Below, piece after piece: positions 1-7,729 of a DNA stretch of 64,000 bases. Source of the stretch: Patescibacteria group bacterium (GTDB lineage: Bacteria > Patescibacteriota > JABMPQ01 > JAQVVF01). The notes beneath the pieces were generated by a model that was not told the DNA's origin, ran no database searches, and saw only the letters and a program-made list of their open reading frames with translations. Position 1 is the stretch's first letter, and the number at the start of each line of letters is the position of its first letter. The DNA lies in the NCBI GenBank assembly GCA_041662665.1, contig JBAZSC010000001.1:513511-577510 (forward strand), in the 5' to 3' direction. A program made the position numbers and the translations under genes.

Positions 1-264
1 CTTTTACTTCATTTTCTTTTACTATTTTTCGTAATGTAAAAAAGTAATCAACAGAGCTCAAGCCAAACATTCTAAGAGAGCTATTATAGCTTTTTCGGAT
101 AATTTTAAAGCCTTGTTTTTTATCAAAATCGGACGCATTAGAATTAATTGGTGCCCAAACTACGACCTTATCAGAAGGCAATCTTTTGCAAATGTTATAA
201 AGATAATTTTGAATTCCACCTCTTTCTGGAGGAAAGAAATAGGTGAGAAATAATGATTTTTTCA
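1..264 (-). CDS. Glycosyltransferase family 4, N-terminal part (partial, runs off the window start)
   Basis: Reverse-strand ORF with start codon at 262-264. N-terminus MKKSLFLTYFFPPERGGIQNY... is the typical GT4 N-domain motif (FPPxxGG). Missing from the ORF track because there is no stop inside the window. Confidence 0.5.
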
Positions 265-423
265 TGAAATTTATGAATTGAATATTGAATATTTAATATT
301 GGCGTCGAGAGTCGGATAATATTCAATATTTAATATTCAGTAACTTTATTCTACCAAATAATCAAAAATCACACAAATATTGCTATTATATTGGCTTAAA
401 CAAGGGAAAGTGATAAAATCCCA

Positions 424-452
424 TTGACAAGATTTTTAGATTGTGCTAATCT
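424..452 (+). promoter_or_regulatory. sigma70-like promoter: TTGACA, 17-nt spacer, TAATCT
   Basis: TTGACA at 424-429, 17-nt spacer, TAATCT at 447-452. AT-rich host-like promoter reading into the GC-rich CDS; RBS GAGGAGG precedes the ATG at 531. Confidence 0.5.
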
Positions 453-530
453 ACTAAGTTACAATCCTCAGGTTCTGGAGAGAAAGGCAAGAACACTCAC
501 AACGAGAGAGAAAACGAGGAGGCAAGGGAA

Positions 531-1598
531 ATGAAGCGCACCAACAACATGCTCAAGATCGTGGCGGCGGGTTTCGTGATGTTCATGATGATGTTCAACT
601 TCAACCCCTTCTACAACTACTTCTACGACGAGGACGAGGGTGTCGCGTACGCGCAGGGCGAGCAGAGCGAGAAGGTGGAGTGGAAGATGTTGGACGCTGG
701 GTTCCAGGGTCAGAACGTGGCCTGGAAGAGCGAGTGGTCCTCCATGGTCATGGATGCGAAGTCGATGGTTGATATGAATCCGCTGAGTTGTGTAGAGGTG
801 AAGGGTTTCGAGGACGTGATTGGCTACGGCCAGTCCAAGCAGGAGCGCCTGGAGATCCGGGTCGCGGGTGGCGAAGAGCCCCTGCGGCAGGATCGGGCGC
901 GCAAGCGGATGATCTACGTGATGAGCAAGATTCGTGAGACTGGGCTGGAAGGTGCACAGGTCAAGGAAGGAATCCCCGTCATCAACGCCCCCAAGGGGCA
1001 GCGTGGCGCGGTGATCACCCTGATCAAGGATTGCATTCCCAAGCCGCCTGTTGCCTGCTGGGATACGAACCAGAACAGCCAGTGTGACTACGAGGAAGAC
1101 GTCAACAAGGACAACAAGTGTGATGTCATCGACTGCAGGGGCGACGATGGATCGAACGGTCGGAACGGCAAGATGGACATCGACTACGACTTCATCGGCC
1201 AGTACATGGTGAGCTTCGAGCGACCTGACTTCTACGGCTTCGAGCTTCGCGTCAACTTCCCGGTCAGCGACATGCTGATGCTGGGACTGGGCGCGGAAGC
1301 AGGGAAGTCGGACGGTGTGGCGGCGGCGGGATTCGAGCTGGCTGGAGAGTACGATCTGAACCGCTACTTCAAGCCTCGTCTCTCCCTGGTCGGTCGGGCG
1401 TTCGAGCTCGACAATCATCTCTACTTCGGTAGGGGTGAGATCGGCGGAGGGCTGGGGTTCGTCGGCGAATTCGCGGAGTTCGACCACCTCTCCCTGATCT
1501 ACGAGCTCCGAGGAGAATGGAAGGGAGAACTGGCGACGGGCAGGCGGGAATGGAAGGACGTGAAGTCCGGGGTCTTCGACCTCGGCCTCCGGTTCTAG
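531..1598 (+). CDS. Secreted beta-rich protein encoded in GC-rich DNA; homolog of CDS 3410..4663
   Basis: N-terminal hydrophobic signal/TM segment. Strong GC3 codon bias. C-terminal alternating hydrophobic strands ending in ...GLRF (aromatic C-terminus, OMP-like). Blocks align with 3410..4663 (EKVEWKMLDAGF/EKIVQKWDLVDAAL; PLSCVEVKGFEDV/PTSCLDIAGIDDV; KGQRGAVITLIKDC/KGIRGVRITLVKGC; YDLNRYFKPRL/YDLVYLKPRI). Confidence 0.6.
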   Translation: MKRTNNMLKIVAAGFVMFMMMFNFNPFYNYFYDEDEGVAYAQGEQSEKVEWKMLDAGFQGQNVAWKSEWSSMVMDAKSMVDMNPLSCVEVKGFEDVIGYGQSKQERLEIRVAGGEEPLRQDRARKRMIYVMSKIRETGLEGAQVKEGIPVINAPKGQRGAVITLIKDCIPKPPVACWDTNQNSQCDYEEDVNKDNKCDVIDCRGDDGSNGRNGKMDIDYDFIGQYMVSFERPDFYGFELRVNFPVSDMLMLGLGAEAGKSDGVAAAGFELAGEYDLNRYFKPRLSLVGRAFELDNHLYFGRGEIGGGLGFVGEFAEFDHLSLIYELRGEWKGELATGRREWKDVKSGVFDLGLRF

Positions 1599-1692
1599 TT
1601 CGAGAAGCTCCGGGCGCCCGACAAGACAACCGGCTGACAAGAAGTCGGGCGCCCGGTTCCGGTGGCAAGAACGGTTCGAGAGGAGGTGTGCG

Positions 1693-2331
1693 ATGAACGC
1701 GTTCGCGAAGTTCCTGTTCTGCCTGCTGATCGGTCTGTGCCTGTCCATCAACTGGAGCTGCGCGCTCCGCGAGGACGCCCAGCCGCCGGAAGACGGTGGC
1801 GAGGGCGAGGGAGAAGGCGAGGGCGAGGGTGAGGGCGAAGGTGAAGGGGAAGGTGAGGGTGAAGGCGAAGGAGAAGGCTGCGAGGGCGAAGGTGAGGGCG
1901 AGGGCGTGGAGTGCCAGGACGGTGAGCTCCGCCCGTGCAACTGCGACAGCGGCGACGTCGGCTACCAGACCTGCAAGGGAAGCTGGGGCGAGTGCGTCTG
2001 CGACTGTGGCGGCGACTGCGAAGGTGAGGGCGAGGGCGGCGAGGGGGAGGGTGAAGGTGAGAGCTGCTCGGTGTGGATCCAGGATGGGATGCTGTGTGGT
2101 GACATCGCTGGTCTGACTTCGTGGACGTTCGGCTGCATGCCTCCGGGTGTGGAGTCGGTCTGCGAGCTGAAGACCTTCGGTGGAACCTGCACGATGATCC
2201 CGACTGGTGTCGACTCCGCGTGGCCCCGTTCGATCAACGGTGTCTGGCTGACAGTCGTGGGCTGCATGGCTCGCGACGGTCTCCAGATCACCAGCGATCC
2301 GAGCGGCGGCCACTACCTGACCCTGCCGTAA
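1693..2331 (+). CDS. Secreted acidic Cys-rich protein with (GE)n low-complexity repeat
   Basis: RBS GAGGAGG upstream and an N-terminal signal peptide. GGCGAG-type hexanucleotide repeat at about 1797-1875 encodes (GE)n. The Cys motif TCKGSWGECVC resembles the C..G..TC...GSWG.C modules of CDS 25243..28200. Confidence 0.5.
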   Translation: MNAFAKFLFCLLIGLCLSINWSCALREDAQPPEDGGEGEGEGEGEGEGEGEGEGEGEGEGEGCEGEGEGEGVECQDGELRPCNCDSGDVGYQTCKGSWGECVCDCGGDCEGEGEGGEGEGEGESCSVWIQDGMLCGDIAGLTSWTFGCMPPGVESVCELKTFGGTCTMIPTGVDSAWPRSINGVWLTVVGCMARDGLQITSDPSGGHYLTLP

Positions 2332-2423
2332 GATCTTCAATCCCGCCCGACAAACGCAAGTGCGTCGGGTGCGGCCTCTCTCAACACAACAACAAGCAAT
2401 TCCTGTACATTCTGTTCCTTTAA

Positions 2424-2451
2424 GAGTTCACTTCAGTGAGCTCTTTTTTTA
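2424..2451 (+). terminator. Intrinsic terminator
   Basis: GAGTTCAC-TTCA-GTGAGCTC hairpin followed by T7. Confidence 0.6.
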
Positions 2452-2452
2452 T

Positions 2453-2479
2453 CCGCCGAAGCCTGAAAGGCGAAGGCGG
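2453..2479. repeat. GC-rich REP-like hairpin element, copy A (CCGCCGAAGCC-loop-GGCGAAGGCGG)
   Basis: Same motif family recurs at 8243-8275, 20527-20562 (inside ugd) and 21570-21624. Confidence 0.5.
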
Positions 2480-2496
2480 ATTTTGTTCAAATTTTA

Positions 2497-2649
2497 GAAA
2501 CTCGGTTTTATGGGTAAAGAAAAATTAACGTATTTCTGGGATAGTTAATTTAAGTTAAGTAAAATGTTGCTTTGCACAAAAACCGAGTTTCGTAACGTCG
2601 TAATCAACACGCGAAACTCGGTTTTTTCGAAAACCGAGTTTCAAATCAG
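2497..2649. repeat. Left arm of 153-bp imperfect inverted repeat flanking the tRNA operon
   Basis: Reverse complement of 3079-3231. The ends match perfectly (GAAACTCGGTTTTATGGGTAAAGAAA and AAACTCGGTTTTTTCGAAAACCGAGTTTCAAATCAG) around a diverged middle. Holds four copies of the palindromic 12-mer GAAACTCGGTTT/AAACCGAGTTTC. Confidence 0.8.
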
Positions 2650-2760
2650 CTGTGATTTTACGTATTTATAAAATCACATAGAATTGCCCCAAAAGGCATA
2701 TTTTACTATAAAAGCAATATCATACCAGCTCTATATCAATCTCACGCTAGGCCAAAAACC

Positions 2761-2788
2761 TTGACAAATTTAGCCATTGTAGTATACT
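2761..2788 (+). promoter_or_regulatory. sigma70-like promoter of the tRNA operon: TTGACA, 16-nt spacer, TATACT
   Basis: Near-consensus boxes about 38 nt upstream of tRNA-Lys. Confidence 0.6.
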
Positions 2789-2825
2789 TATAAGTTAAAA
2801 ATCCAGCCACCTGTACTTTCGGTAA

Positions 2826-2901
2826 GCGCCCATAGCTCAGCTGGTAGAGCTGCGGACTTTTAATCCGTCGGTCGAGGGTTCGAATCCCTCTGGGCGTACC
2901 A
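2826..2901 (+). tRNA. tRNA-Lys (anticodon UUU), CCA encoded
   Basis: Manual cloverleaf: acceptor GCGCCCA/TGGGCGT, D-stem GCTC/GAGC, anticodon stem GCGGA/TCCGT with loop CTTTTAA, T-arm GAGGG-TTCGAAT-CCCTC, 3' ACCA. Confidence 0.9.
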
Positions 2902-2918
2902 CGTCAGTCGTTCCTTCA

Positions 2919-3007
2919 GCCCGGATGGCGAAAAGGCAGCCGCGCTGGGCTTAAAACCCGGTGGTCCTGAACCAACCGTGCGGGTTCGAATCCCGCTCCG
3001 GGCACCA
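2919..3007 (+). tRNA. tRNA-Leu (anticodon UAA), type II long variable arm, CCA encoded
   Basis: Acceptor GCCCGGA/TCCGGGC, anticodon stem CTGGG/CCCGG with loop CTTAAAA, long variable arm, T-arm GCGGG-TTCGAAT-CCCGC, discriminator A, CCA. Confidence 0.85.
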
Positions 3008-3010
3008 TCA

Positions 3011-3037
3011 ACAGCATCTAATCGTGCTGTTTTTTTC
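3011..3037 (+). terminator. Intrinsic terminator of the tRNA operon
   Basis: ACAGCA-N8-TGCTGT hairpin followed by T7. Confidence 0.7.
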
Positions 3038-3078
3038 TTGTCCAAATTTTTTGTTCAGTTGCTAATCGAATATCAATA

Positions 3079-3231
3079 CTGATTTGAAACTCGGTTTTCG
3101 AAAAAACCGAGTTTCGCGTGTTGACTGTAACACTACGAAACTCGGTTTTTGTGCAAAGCAATATTTTATTTTATCTAAATAAACTATTTAAAAAATACAC
3201 TAATCTTTCTTTACCCATAAAACCGAGTTTC
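3079..3231. repeat. Right arm of 153-bp inverted repeat flanking the tRNA operon
   Basis: Reverse complement of 2497-2649; contains the same palindromic 12-mers. Confidence 0.8.
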
Positions 3232-3287
3232 TATTCGAGCGATTTGTGGCCTTAAGGCATTCGTGAGATTAGTAATGTAAAAAGAGT

Positions 3288-3316
3288 TTGACATAAATAC
3301 AAAATAGTAGTATTCT
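3288..3316 (+). promoter_or_regulatory. sigma70-like promoter: TTGACA, 17-nt spacer, TATTCT
   Basis: Upstream of CDS 3410; RBS AGGGAGGAAAAAGGG precedes the ATG. Confidence 0.5.
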
Positions 3317-3409
3317 CTAATATCCTGTTTAAAGCAAGCAACTTTTATTTATCAATGGAAAAAACTTCGAAGACAGAAACCAGGAGAGCAAAAAGGGAGG
3401 AAAAAGGGA

Positions 3410-4663
3410 ATGAGCAAGTTCAGACGTGCTTTTATTATTGCAGGCATTCTTTTGTTTTCGCAAACAACATATGCTGCAAATACTTGTCCAAATTCTCAAG
3501 TTTCAGCTTGGACTGAAAAAGGATCAGTTTGTGTTACCGCAAATTTGACTGGATCCGTTCAGATTTTTGCGCCAGAGAATTTCTTGATCTATATCAACAA
3601 AGTCAAGGTTTCTGGAATTCAGTACAATCGTGGAAAAGCATATTTCAAGGTTTATTTGATGCCAGGCAAATACGATATTTATGTTGGCACCAACTCAAAC
3701 AATTACAGGCACGAGACAATTCAGATTCATGCCTCAAAGACTGAATCAGTAACTTTCGCATCGCCAAAGTTGATGTACAATGCTCCGAATGTTTCATATC
3801 CAGAAATCAATCCAGAGAAGATTGTGCAGAAATGGGATTTGGTTGATGCTGCTTTGAAGGGAATGGATTGTGTTTATAAGGAATCATGGAAAAAAACTCT
3901 GCAAGAGGCAGCAATTGCTTTGTCAAAGGAAGAGCCAACATCCTGTTTGGATATTGCTGGAATCGATGATGTCAACGATTTTGTCGACTTGGCAACGCCA
4001 GAAGTCAGAGCAGCAGGTAGTCAAGATGCATTTCATACCATCAGAGCGCAAGGTAGAGCAAGCTTGATCATGTATCGTTTTGAAATGGATTTCAATGTTC
4101 CGCCAAAGCGTTTGCGCGAAGGCAAGATTGTGATTAGAGGTGAAAAGGGAATTCGAGGAGTCAGGATTACGCTCGTCAAAGGATGTTTGTCTCAAGCTGT
4201 CAATTCAAATCCTGTTGTAAATGTTCCTGATTCAGTAATGGATGTTTGGAGAGCAGGAGATGATGTTGCTAGGAAAAGGAAGCATTGGGAAGCAATCTAT
4301 GGCGCAAGACTTGTTTTTGGCGCTGGATATAGCACTTACCTTGATAATGTCTTGCAGACTCATCAGATTGAATTCCCAACTGACTTTAATTCAATTCTAG
4401 TAATTCCAGGAATGCGTCTTGGAACATCAGACTATGACAATTTCTATCCTTCTGCGATGTTTTCACTTGGCTATGACCTTGTATATCTCAAGCCAAGGAT
4501 TGGTGGAATTGTTACTGGTCATATCTCAGAAAGAGAAATTGAACGAAGCCTGTTTGCTGGAATTGTGTTTCCTCTGCCTGTCGAAAATTTGACCTTGGGT
4601 TCGCAATATGAGTATGGCAATTTTGGCCAAAACGGTTTTCTTTCCATTGGATTCGATCTTTAA
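3410..4663 (+). CDS. Secreted protein, AT-rich homolog of the GC-rich CDS 531..1598
   Basis: Signal peptide MSKFRRAFIIAGILLFSQTTYA. Strong SD. Several collinear conserved blocks shared with 531..1598. Confidence 0.6.
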   Translation: MSKFRRAFIIAGILLFSQTTYAANTCPNSQVSAWTEKGSVCVTANLTGSVQIFAPENFLIYINKVKVSGIQYNRGKAYFKVYLMPGKYDIYVGTNSNNYRHETIQIHASKTESVTFASPKLMYNAPNVSYPEINPEKIVQKWDLVDAALKGMDCVYKESWKKTLQEAAIALSKEEPTSCLDIAGIDDVNDFVDLATPEVRAAGSQDAFHTIRAQGRASLIMYRFEMDFNVPPKRLREGKIVIRGEKGIRGVRITLVKGCLSQAVNSNPVVNVPDSVMDVWRAGDDVARKRKHWEAIYGARLVFGAGYSTYLDNVLQTHQIEFPTDFNSILVIPGMRLGTSDYDNFYPSAMFSLGYDLVYLKPRIGGIVTGHISEREIERSLFAGIVFPLPVENLTLGSQYEYGNFGQNGFLSIGFDL

Positions 4664-4664
4664 T

Positions 4665-4690
4665 AGCTCACATTAGTTGAGCTTTTTTTA
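4665..4690 (+). terminator. Intrinsic terminator
   Basis: AGCTCA-N7-TGAGCT hairpin followed by T7. Confidence 0.6.
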
Positions 4691-4832
4691 TGCTTACAAA
4701 TCTCACAAATGCCTTCTGGCCACAAATTAACACCAATAATTTAGAGAAACTTTTTTTTATTCAAAAAATATGTTACACTAAAAAAAAGTCAATTTCTTAA
4801 TTTCCGAATTTCTTAATTTCTAAAATTATTAA

Positions 4833-6281
4833 ATGGAAACCATTAAAAACCAAATAAAAAATCTATCAAAACCGGCAATCTATACAGCATTATGTTTTCT
4901 TTATGTCAGTATTTTTATTTTGCCAACATTTTTTATTCCTTTTAATATTTTTCTATACCTTTTCGGCATTGGTTTTGCTTCATTATTTATCCTCAAAATT
5001 CCAGAAGTTGGCTTATATACCATAATATTATGCACAATGGTTTACGAAAGATTTTTTACTTTGCAGCCAATTGTTTTTGATATTAATATCTACAAAATTT
5101 ATCCAATTGATGCAATATTATTAGTTACTTTTATCAGTTTTTTAATTCATCATTTTGGCAATCTAAAAAGCAAAGAAATAAAATATACCAGATTAGAAAT
5201 TGCCACTTTTATTTTCTTTTTAACATTAGTCGTTGCAGTAGTTTACAGTATTATCAAAAATCCAGACAAAGAATTGGCAATTGCAACATTCAAGAATTAT
5301 AGCTATTTATTAATTTTATTTTTAACGATTTTTATAATAAGGACAAAGATTCAGTTCAAGAGAATTATAAATGTCATTTTAGCTGGTGGCATTATATTAA
5401 TTGGCTTTATTATTTATGGACTTGCCTCAGGAAATGGGCTTTGGAGTGAATTTACTCCAGGAACAAGATATTTAGCGCAGACACACACGTATTATCTATT
5501 ATTGCCAGTTTTTATTGCAATTGTTTTTCTAACATATGGCAAGGAAATTTATGGGCATATCAGAACTCAAGCTATAATTTTAATTCAATCAACAGGCATT
5601 ATCGCAGGTTTGCACCGACATTTATGGCTTGGATTTGGAGCTGGACTTGCTACAATTTTATTACTATCAGACAAAGAAAAAAGAAAAATCGCTCTAAAAA
5701 ATATTTTAAGCGTTCTTCTTGCAGGTTTGATAATTTTTTCTTTAGTAATTTGGATTGCTGCTTTATCAAATGCCAATCTTAATATTAAGGCTTCATCTTA
5801 TGTCCAAAGATTTACAGAAAGAGTTCAATCATTGTTTACCTTAAAATCAAGTAATATTGAAGATGCTGCTGGTTGGAGATTAAAAGCATGGCAAGAAGGC
5901 TTAATTTTGTATGCCAAAAATCCAGTTCTGGGCATCGGTTTTGGAAAGATGATCAATGTCGAATTCAAAGGTTTCGTTTCTACAGTTGAAATGAGAGCTT
6001 TGCATAATGAGCCATTAGGACTATTGATTCAAGCTGGTTTATTAGCTCTTATTCCATTTATAATAATAAATATTTATTTAATAAAATATTTTATTAAGCT
6101 TTACAAGACAAAAATAGAAGAACAGCCAGAATTAATTGCCTTATTTGCTTTTTATATCGCTACAATGGTCAGCATGTTTTTTTCCTTGTATTTAGTTACG
6201 AATATGCTTAATATATTCTATTGGATTGCAATGGGATTAATTGTCAGTTTGTATAAGATGTACAAGCCTGAGATTAAATAA
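4833..6281 (+). CDS. Polytopic membrane protein, O-antigen ligase/polymerase (Wzy_C)-like
   Basis: About 12 TM helices with a large loop; sits in a polysaccharide cluster. Family call is tentative. Confidence 0.4.
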   Translation: METIKNQIKNLSKPAIYTALCFLYVSIFILPTFFIPFNIFLYLFGIGFASLFILKIPEVGLYTIILCTMVYERFFTLQPIVFDINIYKIYPIDAILLVTFISFLIHHFGNLKSKEIKYTRLEIATFIFFLTLVVAVVYSIIKNPDKELAIATFKNYSYLLILFLTIFIIRTKIQFKRIINVILAGGIILIGFIIYGLASGNGLWSEFTPGTRYLAQTHTYYLLLPVFIAIVFLTYGKEIYGHIRTQAIILIQSTGIIAGLHRHLWLGFGAGLATILLLSDKEKRKIALKNILSVLLAGLIIFSLVIWIAALSNANLNIKASSYVQRFTERVQSLFTLKSSNIEDAAGWRLKAWQEGLILYAKNPVLGIGFGKMINVEFKGFVSTVEMRALHNEPLGLLIQAGLLALIPFIIINIYLIKYFIKLYKTKIEEQPELIALFAFYIATMVSMFFSLYLVTNMLNIFYWIAMGLIVSLYKMYKPEIK

Positions 6282-6282
6282 T

Positions 6283-6400
6283 TATCAATTTTACAATTTA
6301 CAATAAATTACCAATTTACAATTTTCAAATTATGGTTTTCTGCTTGAAAATTGGTTATTGAAAATTTATTGTAAATTGATAATTGGAAATTGAAAATTTT
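6283..6400. repeat. Long imperfect AT-rich intergenic palindrome built from TTGTAAATTG/CAATTTACAA motifs
   Basis: Arms at 6286-6335 and 6350-6400 are mutual reverse complements with mismatches. The same motif family forms the palindrome at 14105-14225. Confidence 0.5.
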
Positions 6401-7624
6401 ATGAGAATAGTTCAAGCCAACAAATTTTATTATCTAAAAGGCGGTGCAGAGCGCTATTATTTTAATTTGATAAAATTGCTTGAATCAAAGGGTCATGAGA
6501 TTATTCCTTTTTCAATGCAGGATGAAAAGAATGAACCAAGCGAATATTCTAAATATTTTGTTAGCAATGTTGATTTTGATAAAAAAGGGCAGAGTTTTAA
6601 AAAGGCAAGAAGAGTATTATATTCACTTGAAGCCAAAAAGAAGTTTGAACAACTAATTTGTTCAACCAAGCCAGATCTAATTCATATTCATAATATTTAT
6701 CACCAGATCTCACCATCAATTCTTACAATTGCTAAAAAATATAAAATTCCAGTTGTTGAAACTTTGCATGATTTTAAGCTTATCTGCCCTAATTATACTT
6801 TGTATTCAAAAAACGAACTTTGTGAACAATGCAAAAAATATCGCTATTACAAATGCGCATTAAGAAAATGTATTAAGAATAAATTCTGGCAAAGTTTGTT
6901 AGCATCTAAAGAAATGTATTTTCATAAGTTCATCAGAATCTATGAAAACAATGTTAATCAATTTTTAGCGCCAAGCAAATTTGTTTACGATAAAATTTTG
7001 AAATTTGGCATTATAAAACCAGATCAAATTACAATTTTACCTGAATTTATTTTTGATTCGACTGGTGAAGGAGTCCTCTCCTTCGCCAAATCGTCGCAAT
7101 CATATATTTTATATTTTGGTAGGCTTATCAAAGAAAAGGGAATCAAGACTTTAATCAACGCAATGAAACAAGTTAAAGGCTTAGAATTACATCTTGCAGG
7201 AACAGGACCAGATGAACAGGAATTTAAAGATTTAGTAAAAAAAGAAAACTTAAATAATATTAAATTTTTTGGCTTTTTAGATCAAGAAAAATTACAGCAA
7301 GAAATAAGCAATTCATTATTCGTTATTCATCCTTCCGAAGTCTATGAAACTTTTGGCTTATCGATTTTAGAAAATTATGTTTTAAATAAACCTGTCATCG
7401 CATCTAATTTAGGCGCTTTGCCAGAGATAGTAAAAGACAAACAAACTGGTCTTCTGTTCAAAGCAGGCGATAGCCAGGATCTTGCAGATAAAATAAATTA
7501 TTTAGCTAATAACCAAGATTTAGCTAAGCAAATGGGAGATAACGCCAAAATTTTAACCGAACAAAAATATAGTTCAGATGACCATTATCAAAAGATAATC
7601 AAGATCTATGAAGGATTATTATAA
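6401..7624 (+). CDS. Glycosyltransferase family 4
   Basis: N-terminal MRIVQANKFYYLKGGAERYYF (GT4 N-domain). C-terminal E-x7-E-type motif (EVYETFGLSILEN). The ORF-track start at 6383 uses a TTG; the ATG at 6401 is preferred. Confidence 0.8.
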   Translation: MRIVQANKFYYLKGGAERYYFNLIKLLESKGHEIIPFSMQDEKNEPSEYSKYFVSNVDFDKKGQSFKKARRVLYSLEAKKKFEQLICSTKPDLIHIHNIYHQISPSILTIAKKYKIPVVETLHDFKLICPNYTLYSKNELCEQCKKYRYYKCALRKCIKNKFWQSLLASKEMYFHKFIRIYENNVNQFLAPSKFVYDKILKFGIIKPDQITILPEFIFDSTGEGVLSFAKSSQSYILYFGRLIKEKGIKTLINAMKQVKGLELHLAGTGPDEQEFKDLVKKENLNNIKFFGFLDQEKLQQEISNSLFVIHPSEVYETFGLSILENYVLNKPVIASNLGALPEIVKDKQTGLLFKAGDSQDLADKINYLANNQDLAKQMGDNAKILTEQKYSSDDHYQKIIKIYEGLL

Positions 7625-7645
7625 ATTTTACTAATTCTTACAGTA

Positions 7646-7667
7646 GGCGAGAAAACGTTTTCTCGCC
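7646..7667. terminator. Perfect 22-bp palindrome GGCGAGAAAACG/CGTTTTCTCGCC between convergent genes (bidirectional terminator candidate)
   Basis: GC-rich perfect hairpin between the 3' ends of 6401..7624 (+) and 7730..8227 (-). Confidence 0.5.
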
Positions 7668-7729
7668 TTCGTGTTAATTTAGGCAAAGAAAAAATCAGCT
7701 CAAGGCTGATTATTTTTAGTGTACAATTA

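Noticed and set aside
265-420. AT-rich near-palindromic direct repeats (ATTGAATATTTAATATT twice) between the GT4 start and the promoter at 424.
   Set aside because: Probably just a divergent promoter or UP-element region. The word is low-complexity AT sequence common in this genome, so there is too little information to call a specific element.
468-2340. Long minus-strand ORFs (468..1940, 1369..2340, 748..957, 1796..2116 and others) overlapping the GC-rich genes.
   Set aside because: Typical spurious open frames in high-GC DNA. They translate to low-complexity PSPSPS/ARA-rich peptides, have no RBS or signal, and lie antisense to the + strand ORFs, which do have SD sequences, signal peptides and homologs elsewhere in the window.
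2860-3045. 61-aa minus-strand ORF overlapping the tRNA genes.
   Set aside because: It lies entirely over tRNA-Lys and tRNA-Leu, so it is an artefact of GC-rich tRNA sequence.
6383-6400. ORF-track N-terminal extensions using non-ATG or upstream starts (6383, 23913, 30950..32116 upstream part, 36163, 29821).
   Set aside because: In each case a downstream ATG is preceded by a proper Shine-Dalgarno or begins a signal peptide, so the shorter models were used.
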